Shown here in pieces: positions 30,001 through 45,100 of a stretch of DNA of 64,000 nucleotides. Below the pieces are notes generated by a model. It was not told where the DNA came from. It made no database searches and saw only the letters and a program-made list of their open reading frames with translations. The stretch comes from Nemertoderma westbladi (Eukaryota > Animalia > Xenacoelomorpha). Position numbers and translations under genes: made by a program. Location of the stretch: contig JAUCBJ010006818.1 of assembly GCA_032718475.1 (NCBI GenBank), positions 46,453 through 110,452 of the forward strand. Reading direction: 5' to 3'. Each line of letters begins with the position of its first letter. Position 1 is the stretch's first letter.

Positions 30001-31559
30001 AGGTCCAGTAACTACTAACCGAGTTGAATTACTTGACGGAGTTAGTCCAGGTCCAGTAACTACTAACCGAGTTGAATTCCTTGATGGAGTTAGTCCAGGT
30101 CCAGTAACTACTAAACGGTTGAATTCCTTGATGGAGTTAGTCCAGGTCCAGTAACTACTAACCGAGTTGAATTACTTGACGGAGTTAGTCCAGGTCCAGT
30201 AACTACTAAACGGTTGAATTCCTTGATGGAGTTAGTCCAGGTCCAGTAACTACTAACCGAGTTGAATTACTTGACGGAGTTAGTCCAGGTCCAGTAACTA
30301 CTAACCGAGTTGAATTCCTTGATGGAGTTAGTCCAGGTCCAGTAACTACTAACCGAGTTGAATTACTTGACGGAGTTAGTCCAGGTCCAGTAACTACTAA
30401 CCGAGTTGAATTCCTTGGAGTTAGTCCAGGTCCAGTAACTACTAACCGAGTTGAATACCTTGGTGGAGTTAGTCCAGGTCCAGTAACTACTAACCGAGTT
30501 GAATTACTTGACGGAGTTAGTCCAGGTCCAGTAACTACTAACCGAGTTGAATTCCTTGGAGTTAGTCCAGGTCCAGTAACTACTAACCGTGTTGAATTCC
30601 TTGGAGTTAGTCCAGGTCCAGTAACTACTAACCGAGTTGAATTCCTTGGAGTTAGTCCAGGTCCAGTAACTACTAACCGAGTTGAATTCCTTGGAGTTAG
30701 TCCAGGTCCAGTAACTACTAACCGTGTTGAATTCCTTGATGGAGTTAGTCCAGGTCCAGTAACTACTAACCGTGTTGAATTCCTTGATGGAGTTAGTCCA
30801 GGTCCAGTAACTACTAACCGAGTTGAATTCCTTGGAGTTAGTCCAGGTCCAGTAACTACTAACCGAGTTGAATTCCTTGGAGTTAGTCCAGGTCCAGTAA
30901 CTACTAACCGAGTTGAATTCCTTGGAGTTAGTCCAGGTCCAGTAACTACTAACCGAGTTGAATTCTTTGGAGTTAGTCCAGGTCCAGTAACTACTAACCG
31001 AGTTGAATTCCTTGATGGAGTTAGTCCAGGTCCAGTAACTACTAACCGAGTTGAATTCCTTGATGGAGTTAGTCCAGGTCCAGTAACTACTAACCGTGTT
31101 GAATACCTTGGTGGAGTTCGTCCAGGTCCAGTAACTACTAACCGAGTTGAATTCCTTGATGGAGTTAGTCCAGGTCCAGTAACTACTAACCGAGTTGAAT
31201 TACTTGACGGAGTTAGTCCAGGTCCAGTAACTACTAACCGAGTTGAATTCCTTGGAGTTAGTCCAGGTCCAGTAACTACTAACCGTGTTGAATTCCTTGG
31301 AGTTAGTCCAGGTCCAGTAACTACTAACCGAGTTGAATTCCTTGATGGAGTTAGTCCAGGTCCAGTAACTACTAACCGAGTTGAATTCCTTGGAGTTAGT
31401 CCAGGTCCAGTAACTACTAACCGAGTTGAATTCCTTGATGGAGTTAGTCCAGGTCCAGTAACTACTAACCGAGTTGAATTCCTTGATGGAGTTAGTCCAG
31501 GTCCAGTAACTACTAACCGAGTTGAATTACTTGACGGAGTTAGTCCAGGTCCAGTAACT

Positions 31560-33170
31560 ACTAACCGAGTTGAATTACTTGACGGAGTTAGTCCAGGTCC
31601 AGTAACTACTAACCGAGTTGAATTCCTTGATGGAGTTAGTCCAGGTCCAGTAACTACTAACCGAGTTGAATTCCTTGGAGTTAGTCCAGGTCCAGTAACT
31701 ACTAACCGAGTTGAATTCCTTGATGGAGTTAGTCCAGGTCCAGTAACTACTAACCGAGTTGAATTCCTTGGAGTTAGTCCAGGTCCAGTAACTACTAACC
31801 GAGTTGAATTCCTTGATGGAGTTAGTCCAGGTCCAGTAACTACTAACCGAGTTGAATTCCTTGGAGTTAGTCCAGGTCCAGTAACTACTAACCGAGTTGA
31901 ATTCCTTGATGGAGTTAGTCCACGTCCAGTAACTACTAACCGTGTTGAATACCTTGGTGGAGTTCGTCCAGGTCCAGTAACTACTAACCGAGTTGAATTC
32001 CTTGATGGAGTTAGTCCAGGTCTAGTAACTACTAACCGAGTTGAATTCCTTGATGGAGTTAGTCCAGGTCCAGTAACTACTAACCGAGTTGAATTCCTTG
32101 ATGGAGTTAGTCCAGGTCCAGTAACTACTAACCGAGTTGAATTCCTTGATGGAGTTAGTCCAGGTCTAGTAACTACTAACCGAGTTGAATTCCTTGATGG
32201 AGTTAGTCCAGGTCCAGTAACTACTAACCGAGTTGAATTACTTGACGGAGTTAGTCCAGGTCCAGTAACTACTAACCGTGTTGAATACCTTGGTGGAGTT
32301 CGTCCAGGTCCAGTAACTACTAACCGTGTTGAATACCTTGGAGTTAGTCCAGGTCCAGTAACTACTAACCGAGTTGAATTACTTGACGGAGTTAGTCCAG
32401 GTCCAGTAACTACTAACCGAGTTGAATTCCTTGATGGAGTTAGTCCAGGTCCAGTAACTACTAACCGAGTTGAATTCCTTGGAGTTAGTCCAGGTCCAGT
32501 AACTACTAACCGAGTTGAATTCCTTGATGGAGTTAGTCCAGGTCCAGTAACTACTAACCGAGTTGAATTCCTTGGAGTTAGTCCAGGTCCAGTAACTACT
32601 AACCGAGTTGAATTCCTTGATGGAGTTAGTCCAGGTCCAGTAACTACTAACCGAGTTGAATTCCTTGGAGTTAGTCCAGGTCCAGTAACTACTAACCGAG
32701 TTGAATTCCTTGATGGAGTTAGTCCACGTCCAGTAACTACTAACCGTGTTGAATACCTTGGTGGAGTTCGTCCAGGTCCAGTAACTACTAACCGAGTTGA
32801 ATTCCTTGATGGAGTTAGTCCAGGTCTAGTAACTACTAACCGAGTTGAATTCCTTGATGGAGTTAGTCCAGGTCCAGTAACTACTAACCGAGTTGAATTC
32901 CTTGATGGAGTTAGTCCAGGTCCAGTAACTACTAACCGAGTTGAATTCCTTGATGGAGTTAGTCCAGGTCTAGTAACTACTAACCGAGTTGAATTCCTTG
33001 ATGGAGTTAGTCCAGGTCCAGTAACTACTAACCGAGTTGAATTACTTGACGGAGTTAGTCCAGGTCCAGTAACTACTAACCGTGTTGAATACCTTGGTGG
33101 AGTTCGTCCAGGTCCAGTAACTACTAACCGTGTTGAATACCTTGGAGTTAGTCCAGGTCCAGTAACTACT
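31560..33170. repeat. Higher-order tandem duplication, period 804 bp (17 units)
   Basis: Diagnostic variants recur at +804: CCACGT at 31921/32725 and GGTCTAG at 32021/32825. 804 = 13x48 + 4x45. Confidence 0.85.
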
Positions 33171-36100
33171 AACCGTGTTGAATTCCTTGGAGTTAGTCCA
33201 GGTCCAGTAACTACTAACTGAGTTGAATTCCTTGATGGAGTTAGTCCAGGTCCAGTAACTACTAACCGAGTGGAATTCCTTGGAGTTAGTCCAGGTCCAG
33301 TAACTACTAACTGAGTTGAATTACTTGACGGAGTTAGTCCAGGTCCAGTAACTACTAACCGAGTTGAATTCCTTGGAGTTAGTCCAGGTCCAGTAACTAC
33401 TAACCGTGTTGAATTCCTTGATGGAGTTAGTCCAGGTCCAGTAACTACTAACCGAGTTGAATACCTTGGTGGAGTTAGTCCAGGTCCAGTAACTACTAAC
33501 CGAGTTGAATACCTTGGTGGAGTTCGTCCAGGTCCAGTAACTACTAACTGAGTTGAATTACTTGACGGAGTTAGTCCAGGTCCAGTAACTACTAACCGAG
33601 TTGAATTCCTTGGAGTTAGTCCAGGTCCAGTAACTACTAACCGTGTTGAATTCCTTGATGGAGTTAGTCCAGGTCCAGTAACTACTAACCGAGTTGAATA
33701 CCTTGGTGGAGTTAGTCCAGGTCCAGTAACTACTAACCGAGTTGAATACCTTGGTGGAGTTCGTCCAGGTCCAGTAACTACTAACCGTGTTGAATACCTT
33801 GGTGGAGTTCGTCCAGGTCCAGTAACTACTAACCGAGTTGAATTCCTTGGAGTTAGTCCAGGTCCAGTAACTACTAACCGAGTTGAATTCCTTGATGGAG
33901 TTAGTCCAGGTCCAGTAACTACTAACCGAGTTGAATTCCTTGGAGTTAGTCCAGGTCCAGTAACTACTAACCGAGTTGAATTCCTTGGAGTTAGTCCAGG
34001 TCCAGTAACTGCTAACCGAGTTGAATTCCTTGGAGTTAGTCCAGGTCCAGTAACTACTAACCGAGTTGAATTCCTTGATGGAGTTAGTCCAGGTCCAGTA
34101 ACTACTAACCGAGTTTAATTCCTTGGAGTTAGTCCAGGTCCAGTAACCGTGTTGAATTCCTTGATGGAGTTAGTCCAGGTCCAGTAACTACTAACCGAGT
34201 TTAATTCCTTGGAGTTAGTCCAGGTCCAGTAACTACTAACCGAGTTGAATTCCTTGATGGAGTTAGTCCAGGTCCAGTAACTACTAACCGAGTTGAATTC
34301 CTTGATGGAGTTAGTCCAGGTCCAGTAACTACTAACCGTGTTGAATACCTTGGTGGAGTTCGTCCACGTCCAGTAACTACTAACCGAGTTGAATTACTTG
34401 ATGGAGTTAGTCCAGGTCTAGTAACTACTAACCGAGTTGAATTCCTTGATGGAGTTAGTCCAGGTCCAGTAACTACTAACCGAGTTGAATTACTTGACGG
34501 AGTTAGTCCAGGTCCAGTAACTACTAACCGAGTTGAATACCTTGGTGGAGTTCGTCCAGGTCCAGTAACTACTAACCGAGTTGAATTCCTTGGAGTTCGT
34601 CCACGTCCAGTAACTACTAACCGAGTTGAATTCCTTGATGGAGTTAGTCCAGGTCTAGTAACTACTAACCGAGTTGAATTCCTTGATGGAGTTAGTCCAG
34701 GTCTAGTAACTACTAACCGAGTTGAATTCCTTGATGGAGTTAGTCCAGGTCCAGTAACTACTAACCGAGTTGAATTACTTGACGGAGTTAGTCCAGGTCC
34801 AGTAACTACTAACCGAGTTGAATTACTTGACGGAGTTAGTCCAGGTCCAGTAACTACTAACCGAGTTGAATTCCTTGGAGTTAGTCCAGGTCCAGTAACT
34901 ACTAACCGAGTTGAATTACTTGACGGAGTTAGTCCAGGTCCAGTAACTACTAACCGTGTTGAATACCTTGGTGGAGTTCGTCCAGGTCCAGTAACTACTA
35001 ACCGAGTTGAATTACTTGACGGAGTTCGTCCAGGTCCAGTAACTACTAACCGTGTTGAATACCTTGGTGGAGTTCGTCCAGGTCCAGTAACTACTAACCG
35101 AGTTGAATTCCTTGATGGAGTTAGTCCAGGTCCAGTAACTACTAACCGAGTTGAATTCCTTGATGGAGTTAGTCCAGGTCTAGTAACTACTAACCGAGTT
35201 GAATTCCTTGATGGAGTTAGTCCAGGTCCAGTAACTACTAACCGAGTTGAATTACTTGACGGAGTTAGTCCAGGTCCAGTAACTACTAACCGAGTTGAAT
35301 TACTTGACGGAGTTAGTCCAGGTCCAGTAACTACTAACCGTGTTGAATACCTTGGTGGAGTTAGTCCAGGTCCAGTAACTACTAACCGAGTTGAATTCCT
35401 TGGAGTTAGTCCAGGTCCAGTAACTACTAACCGTGTTGAATACCTTGGTGGAGTTCGTCCAGGTCCAGTAACTACTAACCGAGTTGAATTCCTTGATGGA
35501 GTTCGTCCAGGTCCAGTAACTACTAACCGAGTTGAATTACTTGACGGAGTTAGTCCAGGTCCAGTAACTACTAACCGAGTAGAATTCCTTGATGGAGTTA
35601 GTCCAGGTCCAGTAACTACTAACCGAGTTGAATTCCTTGATGGAGTTAGTCCAGGTCCAGTAACTACTAACCGAGTTGAATTACTTGACGGAGTTAGTCC
35701 AGGTCCAGTAACTACTAACCGTGTTGAATACCTTGGTGGAGTTCGTCCAGGTCCAGTAACTACTAACCGAGTTGAATTCCTTGATGGAGTTAGTCCAGGT
35801 CTAGTAACTACTAACCGAGTTGAATTCCTTGATGGAGTTAGTCCAGGTCCAGTAACTACTAACCGAGTTGAATTACTTGACGGAGTTAGTCCAGGTCCAG
35901 TAACTACTAACCGTGTTGAATTCCTTGGAGTTAGTCCAGGTCCAGTAACTGCTAACCGTGTTGAATTCCTTGGAGTTAGTCCAGGTCCAGTAACTACTAA
36001 CCGAGTTGAATTCCTTGATGGAGTTAGTCCAGGTCCAGTAACTACTAACCGTGTTGAATTCCTTGATGGAGTTAGTCCAGGACCAGTAACTACTAACCGA

Positions 36101-39100
36101 GTTGAATTCCTTGATGGAGTTAGTCCAGGTCCAGTAACTACTAACCGAGTTGAATTCCTTGATGGAGTTAGTCCAGGTCCAGTAACTACTAACCGAGTTG
36201 AATTACTTGACGGAGTTAGTCCAGGTCCAGTAACTACTAACCGTGTTGAATTCCTTGGACTTAGTCCAGGTCCAGTAACTACTAACCGAGTTGAATTCCT
36301 TGGAGTTAGTCCAGGTCCAGTAACTACTAACCGAGTTGAATACCTTGGTGGAGTTCGTCCAGGTCCAGTAACTACTAACCGAGTTGAATACCTTGGAGTT
36401 AGTCCAGGTCCAGTAACTACTAACCGAGTTGAATTCCTTGATGGAGTTAGTCCAGGTCCAGTAACTACTAACCGTGTTGAATTCCTTGATGGAGTTAGTC
36501 CAGGACCAGTAACTACTAACCGAGTTGAATTCCTTGATGGAGTTAGTCCAGGTCCAGTAACTACTAACCGAGTTGAATTCCTTGATGGAGTTAGTCCAGG
36601 TCCAGTAACTACTAACCGAGTTGAATTACTTGACGGAGTTAGTCCAGGTCCAGTAACTACTAACCGTGTTGAATTCCTTGATGGAGTTAGTCCAGGTCCA
36701 GTAACTACTAACCGTGTTGAATTCCTTGATGGAGTTAGTCCAGGTCCAGTAACTACTAACCGAGTTGAATTACTTGACGGAGTTAGTCCAGGTCCAGTAA
36801 CTACTAACCGTGTTGAATTCCTTGATGGAGTTAGTCCAGGTCCAGTAACTACTAACCGAGTTGAATTACTTGACGGAGTTAGTCCAGGTCCAGTAACTAC
36901 TAACCGTGTTGAATTCCTTGATGGAGTTAGTCCAGGTCCAGTAACTACTAACCGTGTTGAATTCCTTGATGGAGTTAGTCCAGGTCCAGTAACTACTAAC
37001 CGAGTTGAATTACTTGACGGAGTTAGTCCAGGTCCAGTAACTACTAACCGTGTTGAATTCCTTGATGGAGTTAGTCCAGGTCCAGTAACTACTAACCGTG
37101 TTGAATTCCTTGATGGAGTTAGTCCAGGTCCAGTAACTACTAACCGAGTTGAATTACTTGACGGAGTTAGTCCAGGTCCAGTAACTACTAACCGTGTTGA
37201 ATTCCTTGATGGAGTTAGTCCAGGTCCAGTAACTACTAACCGAGTTGAATTACTTGACGGAGTTAGTCCAGGTCCAGTAACTACTAACCGTGTTGAATTC
37301 CTTGATGGAGTTAGTCCAGGTCCAGTAACTACTAACCGTGTTGAATTCCTTGATGGAGTTAGTCCAGGTCCAGTAACTACTAACCGAGTTGAATTACTTG
37401 ACGGAGTTAGTCCAGGTCCAGTAACTACTAACCGTGTTGAATTCCTTGATGGAGTTAGTCCAGGTCCAGTAACTACTAACCGAGTTGAATTCCTTGATGG
37501 AGTTAGTCTAGGTCCAGTAACTACTAACCGAGTTGAATACCTTGGTGGAGTTCGTCCAGGTCCAGTAACTACTAACCGAGTTGAATACCTTGGTGGAGTT
37601 AGTCCAGGTCCAGTAACTACTAACCGAGTTGAATTCCTTGGAGTTAGTCCAGGTCCAGTAACTACTAACCGTGTTGAATACCTTGGTGGAGTTCGTCCAG
37701 GTCCAGTAACTACTAACCGAGTTGAATACCTTGGTGGAGTTAGTCCAGGTCCAGTAACTACTAACCGAGTTGAATTCCTTGATGGAGTTAGTCCAGGTCC
37801 AGTAACTACTAACCGAGTTGAATTACTTGACGGAGTTAGTCCAGGTCCAGTAACTACTAACCGAGTTGAATTCCTTGGAGTTAGTCCAGGTCCAGTAACT
37901 ACTAACCGTGTTGAATACCTTGGTGGAGTTCGTCCAGGTCCAGTAACTACTAACCGAGTTGAATTACTTGACGGAGTTAGTCCAGGTCCAGTAACTACTA
38001 ACCGAGTTGAATTCCTTGGAGTTAGTCCAGGTCCAGTAACTACTAACCGTGTTGAATTCCTTGATGGAGTTAGTCCAGGTCCAGTAACTACTAACCGAGT
38101 TGAATTCCTTGATGGAGTTAGTCCAGGTCCAGTAACTACTAACCGAGTTGAATTCCTTGATGGAGTTAGTCCAGGTCCAGTAACTACTAACCGTGTTGAA
38201 TTCCTTGGAGTTAGTCCAGGTCCAGTAACTACTAACCGAGTTGAATTACTTGACGGAGTTAGTCCAGGTCCAGTAACTACTAACCGAGTTGAATTACTTG
38301 ACGGAGTTAGTCCAGGTCCAGTAACTACTAACCGTGTTGAATACCTTGGTGGAGTTCGTCCAGGTCCAGTAACTACTAACCGAGTTGAATTCCTTGGAGT
38401 TAGTCCAGGTTCAGTAACTACAAACGTGTTGAATTCCTTGGAGTTAGTCCAGGTCCAGTAACTACTAACCGAGTTGAATTCCTTGATGGAGTTAGTCCAG
38501 GTCCAGTAACTACTAACCGAGTTGAATTCCTTGGAGTTAGTCCAGGTTCAGTAACTACAAACGTGTTGAATTCCTTGGAGTTAGTCCAGGTCCAGTAACT
38601 ACTAACCGAGTTGAATTCCTTGATGGAGTTAGTCCAGGTCCAGTAACTACTAACCGAGTTGAATTCCTTGGAGTTAGTCCAGGTCCAGTAACTACTAACC
38701 GAGTTGAATTACTTGACGGAGTTAGTCCAGGTCCAGTAACTACTAACCGAGTTGAATTCCTTGGAGTTAGTCCAGGTCCAGTAACTACTAACCGAGTTGA
38801 ATTACTTGACGGAGTTAGTCCAGGTCCAGTAACTACTAACCGAGTTGAATTCCTTGGAGTTAGTCCAGGTCCAGTAACTACTAACCGAGTTGAATTACTT
38901 GACGGAGTTAGTCCAGGTCCAGTAACTACTAACCGAGTTGAATTCCTTGGAGTTAGTCCAGGTCCAGTAACTACTAACCGAGTTGAATACCTTGGTGGAG
39001 TTCGTCCAGGTCCAGTAACTACTAACCGAGTTGAATTCCTTGGAGTTAGTCCAGGTCCAGTAACTACTAACCGAGTTGAATTCCTTGGAGTTAGTCCAGG

Positions 39101-42100
39101 TCCAGTAACTACTAACCGAGTTGAATTACTTGACGGAGTTAGTCCAGGTCCAGTAACTACTAACCGAGTTGAATACCTTGGTGGAGTTCGTCCAGGTCCA
39201 GTAACTACTAACCGAGTTGAATTCCTTGGAGTTAGTCCAGGTCCAGTAACTACTAACCGAGTTGAATACCTTGGTGGAGTTCGTCCAGGTCCAGTAACTA
39301 CTAACCGAGTTGAATTCCTTGGAGTTAGTCCAGGTCCAGTAACTACTAACCGAGTTGAATACCTTGGTGGAGTTCGTCCAGGTCCAGTAACTACTAACCG
39401 AGTTGAATTCCTTGGAGTTAGTCCAGGTCCAGTAACTACTAACCGTGTTGAATTCCTTGGAGTTAGTCCAGGTCCAGTAACTACTAACCGAGTTGAATTA
39501 CTTGACGGAGTTAGTCCAGGTCCAGTAACTACTAACCGAGTTGAATTCCTTGGAGTTAGTCTAGGTCCAGTAACTACTAACAGTGTTGAATTCCTTGGTG
39601 GAGTTCGTCCAGGTCCAGTAACTACTAACCGAGTTGAATTACTTGACGGAGTTAGTCCAGGTCCAGTAACTACTAACCGAGTTGAATTCCTTGGAGTTAG
39701 TCCAGGTCCAGTAACTACTAACCGAGTTGAATACCTTGGTGGAGTTCGTCCAGGTCCAGTAACTACTAACCGAGTTGAATTCCTTGGAGTTAGTCCAGGT
39801 CCAGTAACTACTAACCGAGTTGAATTACTTGACGGAGTTAGTCCAGGTCCAGTAACTACTAACCGAGTTGAATTCCTTGGAGTTAGTCTAGGTCCAGTAA
39901 CTACTAACAGTGTTGAATTCCTTGGTGGAGTTCGTCCAGGTCCAGTAACTACTAACCGAGTTGAATTACTTGACGGAGTTAGTCCAGGTCCAGTAACTAC
40001 TAACCGTGTTGAATACCTTGGTGGAGTTCGTCCAGGTCCAGTAACTACTAACCGAGTTGAATTACTTGACGGAGTTAGTCCAGGTCCAGTAACTACTAAC
40101 CGAGTTGAATTCCTTGGAGTTAGTCCAGGTCCAGTAACTACTAACCGTGTTGAATTCCTTGATGGAGTTAGTCCAGGTCCAGTAACTACTAACCGAGTTG
40201 AATTCCTTGATGGAGTTAGTCCAGGTCCAGTAACTACTAACCGAGTTGAATTCCTTGATGGAGTTAGTCCAGGTCCAGTAACTACTAACCGTGTTGAATT
40301 CCTTGGAGTTAGTCCAGGTCCAGTAACTACTAACCGAGTTGAATTACTTGACGGAGTTAGTCCAGGTCCAGTAACTACTAACCGAGTTGAATTACTTGAC
40401 GGAGTTAGTCCAGGTCCAGTAACTACTAACCGTGTTGAATTCCTTGGAGTTAGTCCAGGTCTAGTAACTACTAACCGAGTTGAATTACTTGACGGAGTTA
40501 GTCCAGGTCCAGTAACTACTAACCGAGTTGAATTACTTGACGGAGTTAGTCCAGGTCCAGTAACTACTAACCGTGTTGAATTCCTTGGAGTTAGTCCAGG
40601 TCCAGTAACTACTAACCGAGTTGAATTACTTGACGGAGTTAGTCCAGGTCCAGTAACTACTAACCGTGTTGAATTCCTTGGAGTTAGTCCAGGTCTAGTA
40701 ACTACTAACCGAGTTGAATTACTTGACGGAGTTAGTCCAGGTCCAGTAACTACTAACCGAGTTGAATTACTTGACGGAGTTAGTCCAGGTCCAGTAACTA
40801 CTAACCGTGTTGAATTCCTTGGAGTTAGTCCAGGTCCAGTAACTACTAACCGAGTTGAATTCCTTGATGGAGTTAGTCCAGGTCCAGTAACTACTAACCG
40901 AGTTGAATTACTTGATGGAGTTAGTCCAGGTCCAGTAACTACTAACCGTGTTGAATACCTTGGTGGAGTTCGTCCACGTCCAGTAACTACTAACCGTGTT
41001 GAATACCTTGACGGAGTTAGTCCAGGTCCAGTAACTACTAACCGTGTTGAATTCCTTGGAGTTAGTCCAGGTCCAGTAACTACTAACCGAGTTGAATTCC
41101 TTGATGGAGTTAGTCCAGGTCCAGTAACTACTAACCGAGTTGAATTACTTGACGGAGTTAGTCCAGGTCCAGTAACTACTAACCGAGTTGAATTACTTGA
41201 CGGAGTTAGTCCAGGTCCAGTAACTACTAACCGTGTTGAATTCCTTGGAGTTAGTCCAGGTCCAGTAACTACTAACCGAGTTGAATTCCTTGATGGAGTT
41301 AGTCCAGGTCCAGTAACTACTAACCGAGTTGAATTACTTGATGGAGTTAGTCCAGGTCCAGTAACTACTAACCGAGTTGAATTCCTTGGAGTTAGTCCAG
41401 GTCCAGTAACTACTAACCGTGTTGAATACCTTGGTGGAGTTCGTCCACGTCCAGTAACTACTAACCGTGTTGAATACCTTGGAGTTAGTCCAGGTCCAGT
41501 AACTACTAACCGTGTTGAATTCCTTGGAGTTAGTCCAGGTCCAGTAACTACTAACCGTGTTGAATACCTTGGTGGAGTTCGTCCAGGTCCAGTAACTACT
41601 AACCGTGTTGAATTCCTTGGTGGAGTTCGTCCAGGTCCAGTAACTACTAACCGTGTTGAATTCCTTGGAGTTAGTCCAGGTCCAGTAACTACTAACCGTG
41701 TTGAATACCTTGGTGGAGTTCGTCCAGGTCCAGTAACTACTAACCGTGTTGAATTCCTTGGAGTTAGTCCAGGTCCAGTAACTACTAACCGTGTTGAATA
41801 CCTTGGTGGAGTTCGTCCAGGTCCAGTAACTACTAACCGAGTTGAATTCCTTGATGGAGTTAGTCCAGGTCCAGTAACTACTAACCGAGTTGAATTCCTT
41901 GGAGTTAGTCCAGGTCCAGTAACTACTAACCGAGTTGAATACCTTGGTGGAGTTCGTCCAGGTCCAGTAACTACTAACCGAGTTGAATTCCTTGATGGAG
42001 TTAGTCCAGGTCCAGTAACTACTAACCGTGTTGAATACCTTGGTGGAGTTCGTCCAGGTCCAGTAACTACTAACCGTGTTGAATTCCTTGATGGAGTTAG

Positions 42101-45100
42101 TCCAGGTCCAGTAACTACTAACCGAGTTGAATTCCTTGGAGTTAGTCCAGGTCCAGTAACTACTAACCGTGTTGAATACCTTGGTGGAGTTCGTCCAGGT
42201 CCAGTAACTACTAACCGAGTTGAATTCCTTGGAGTTAGTCCAGGTCCAGTAACTACTAACCGAGTTGAATTCCTTGGAGTTAGTCCAGGTCCAGTAACTA
42301 CTAACCGAGTTGAATTCCTTGGAGTTAGTCCAGGTCCAGTAACTACTAACCGAGTTGAATTCCTTGGAGTTAGTCCAGGTCCAGTAACTACTAACCGAGT
42401 TGAATTCCTTGGAGTTAGTCCAGGTCCAGTAACTACTAACCGAGTTGAATTCCTTGGAGTTAGTCCAGGTCCAGTAACTACTAACCGAGTTGAATTCCTT
42501 GGAGTTAGTCCAGGTCCAGTAACTACTAACCGAGTTGAATTCCTTGGAGTTAGTCCAGGTCCAGTAACTACTAACCGAGTTGAATTCCTTGGAGTTAGTC
42601 CAGGTCCAGTAACTACTAACCGAGTTGAATTCCTTGGAGTTAGTCCAGGTCCAGTAACTACTAACCGTGTTGAATACCTTGGTGGAGTTCGTCCAGGTCC
42701 AGTAACTACTAACCGTGTTGAATACCTTGGTGGAGTTCGTCCAGGTCCAGTAACTACTAACCGAGTTGAATTCCTTGATGGAGTTAGTCCAGGTCCAGTA
42801 ACTACTAACCGAGTTGAATTCCTTGGAGTTCGTCCAGGTCCAGTAACTACTAACCGAGTTGAATTCCTTGATGGAGTTAGTCCAGGTCCAGTAACTACTA
42901 ACCGAGTTGAATTCCTTGGAGTTAGTCCAGGTCCAGTAACTACTAACCGAGTTGAATTCCTTGGAGTTAGTCCAGGTCCAGTAACTACTAACCGTGTTGA
43001 ATTCCTTGGTGGAGTTCGTCCAGGTCCAGTAACTACTAACCGAGTTGAATTACTTGACGGAGTTAGTCCAGGTCCAGTAACTACTAACCGTGTTGAATAC
43101 CTTGGTGGAGTTCGTCCAGGTCCAGTAACTACTAACCGTGTTGAATTCCTTGATGGAGTTCGTCCAGGTCCAGTAACTACTAACCGAGTTGAATTCCTTG
43201 ATGGCGTTAGTCCAGGTCCAGTAACTACTAACCGTGTTGAATTCCTTGGAGTTAGTCCAGGTCCAGTAACTACTAACCGTGTTGAATACCTTGGTGGAGT
43301 TCGTCCAGGTCCAGTAACTACTAACCGTGTTGAATACCTTGGTGGAGTTCGTCCAGGTCCAGTAACTACTAACCGAGTTGAATTCCTTGATGGAGTTAGT
43401 CCAGGTCCAGTAACTACTAACCGAGTTGAATTCCTTGGAGTTAGTCCAGGTCCAGTAACTACTAACCGAGTTGAATACCTTGGTGGAGTTCGTCCAGGTC
43501 CAGTAACTACTAACCGAGTTGAATTCCTTGATGGAGTTAGTCCAGGTCCAGTAACTACTAACCGTGTTGAATACCTTGGTGGAGTTCGTCCAGGTCCAGT
43601 AACTACTAACCGTGTTGAATTCCTTGATGGAGTTAGTCCAGGTCCAGTAACTACTAACCGAGTTGAATTCCTTGGAGTTAGTCCAGGTCCAGTAACTACT
43701 AACCGAGTTGAATTCCTTGGAGTTCGTCCAGGTCCAGTAACTACTAACCGAGTTGAATTCCTTGATGGAGTTAGTCCAGGTCCAGTAACTACTAACCGAG
43801 TTGAATTCCTTGATGGAGTTAGTCCAGGTCCAGTAACTACTAACCGAGTTGAATTCCTTGATGGAGTTAGTCCAGGTCCAGTAACTACTAACCGAGTTGA
43901 ATTCCTTGGAGTTAGTCCAGGTCCAGTAACTACTAACCGAGTTGAATTCCTTGGAGTTAGTCCAGGTCCAGTAACTACTAACCGAGTTGAATTACTTGAC
44001 GGAGTTAGTCCAGGTCCAGTAACTACTAACCGAGTTGAATTCCTTGGAGTTAGTCCAGGTCCAGTAACTACTAACCGAGTTGAATTACTTGACGGAGTTA
44101 GTCCAGGTCCAGTAACTACTAACCGAGTTGAATTCCTTGGAGTTAGTCCAGGTCCAGTAACTACTAACCGAGTTGAATTACTTGACGGAGTTAGTCCAGG
44201 TCCAGTAACTACTAACCGAGTTGAATTCCTTGGAGTTAGTCCAGGTCCAGTAACTACTAACCGAGTTGAATTACTTGACGGAGTTAGTCCAGGTCCAGTA
44301 ACTACTAACCGAGTTGAATACCTTGGTGGAGTTCGTCCAGGTCCAGTAACTACTAACCGTGTTGAATTCCTTGATGGAGTTAGTCCAGGTCCAGTAACTA
44401 CTAACCGAGTTGAATTCCTTGATGGAGTTAGTCCAGGTCCAGTAACTACTAACCGAGTTGAATTCCTTGATGGAGTTAGTCCAGGTCCAGTAACTACTAA
44501 CCGTGTTGAATTCCTTGGAGTTAGTCCAGGTCCAGTAACTACTAACCGAGTTGAATTCCTTGATGGAGTTAGTCCAGGTCCAGTAACTACTAACCGTGTT
44601 GAATTCCTTGGAGTTAGTCCAGGTCCAGTAACTACTAACCGAGTTGAATTCCTTGATGGAGTTAGTCCAGGTCCAGTAACTACTAACCGAGTTGAATTCC
44701 TTGATGGAGTTAGTCCAGGTCCAGTAACTACTAACCGTGTTGAATTCCTTGGAGTTAGTCCAGGTCCAGTAACTACTAACCGAGTTGAATTCCTTGGAGT
44801 TAGTCCAGGTCCAGTAACTACTAACCGAGTTGAATTACTTGACGGAGTTAGTCCAGGTCCAGTAACTACTAACCGAGTTGAATTCCTTGATGGAGTTAGT
44901 CCAGGTCCAGTAACTACTAACCGAGTTGAATTCCTTGATGGAGTTAGTCCAGGTCCAGTAACTACTAACCGAGTTGAATTCCTTGATGGAGTTAGTCCAG
45001 GTCCAGTAACTACTAACCGTGTTGAATTCCTTGGAGTTAGTCCAGGTCCAGTAACTACTAACCGAGTTGAATTCCTTGGAGTTAGTCCAGGTCCAGTAAC

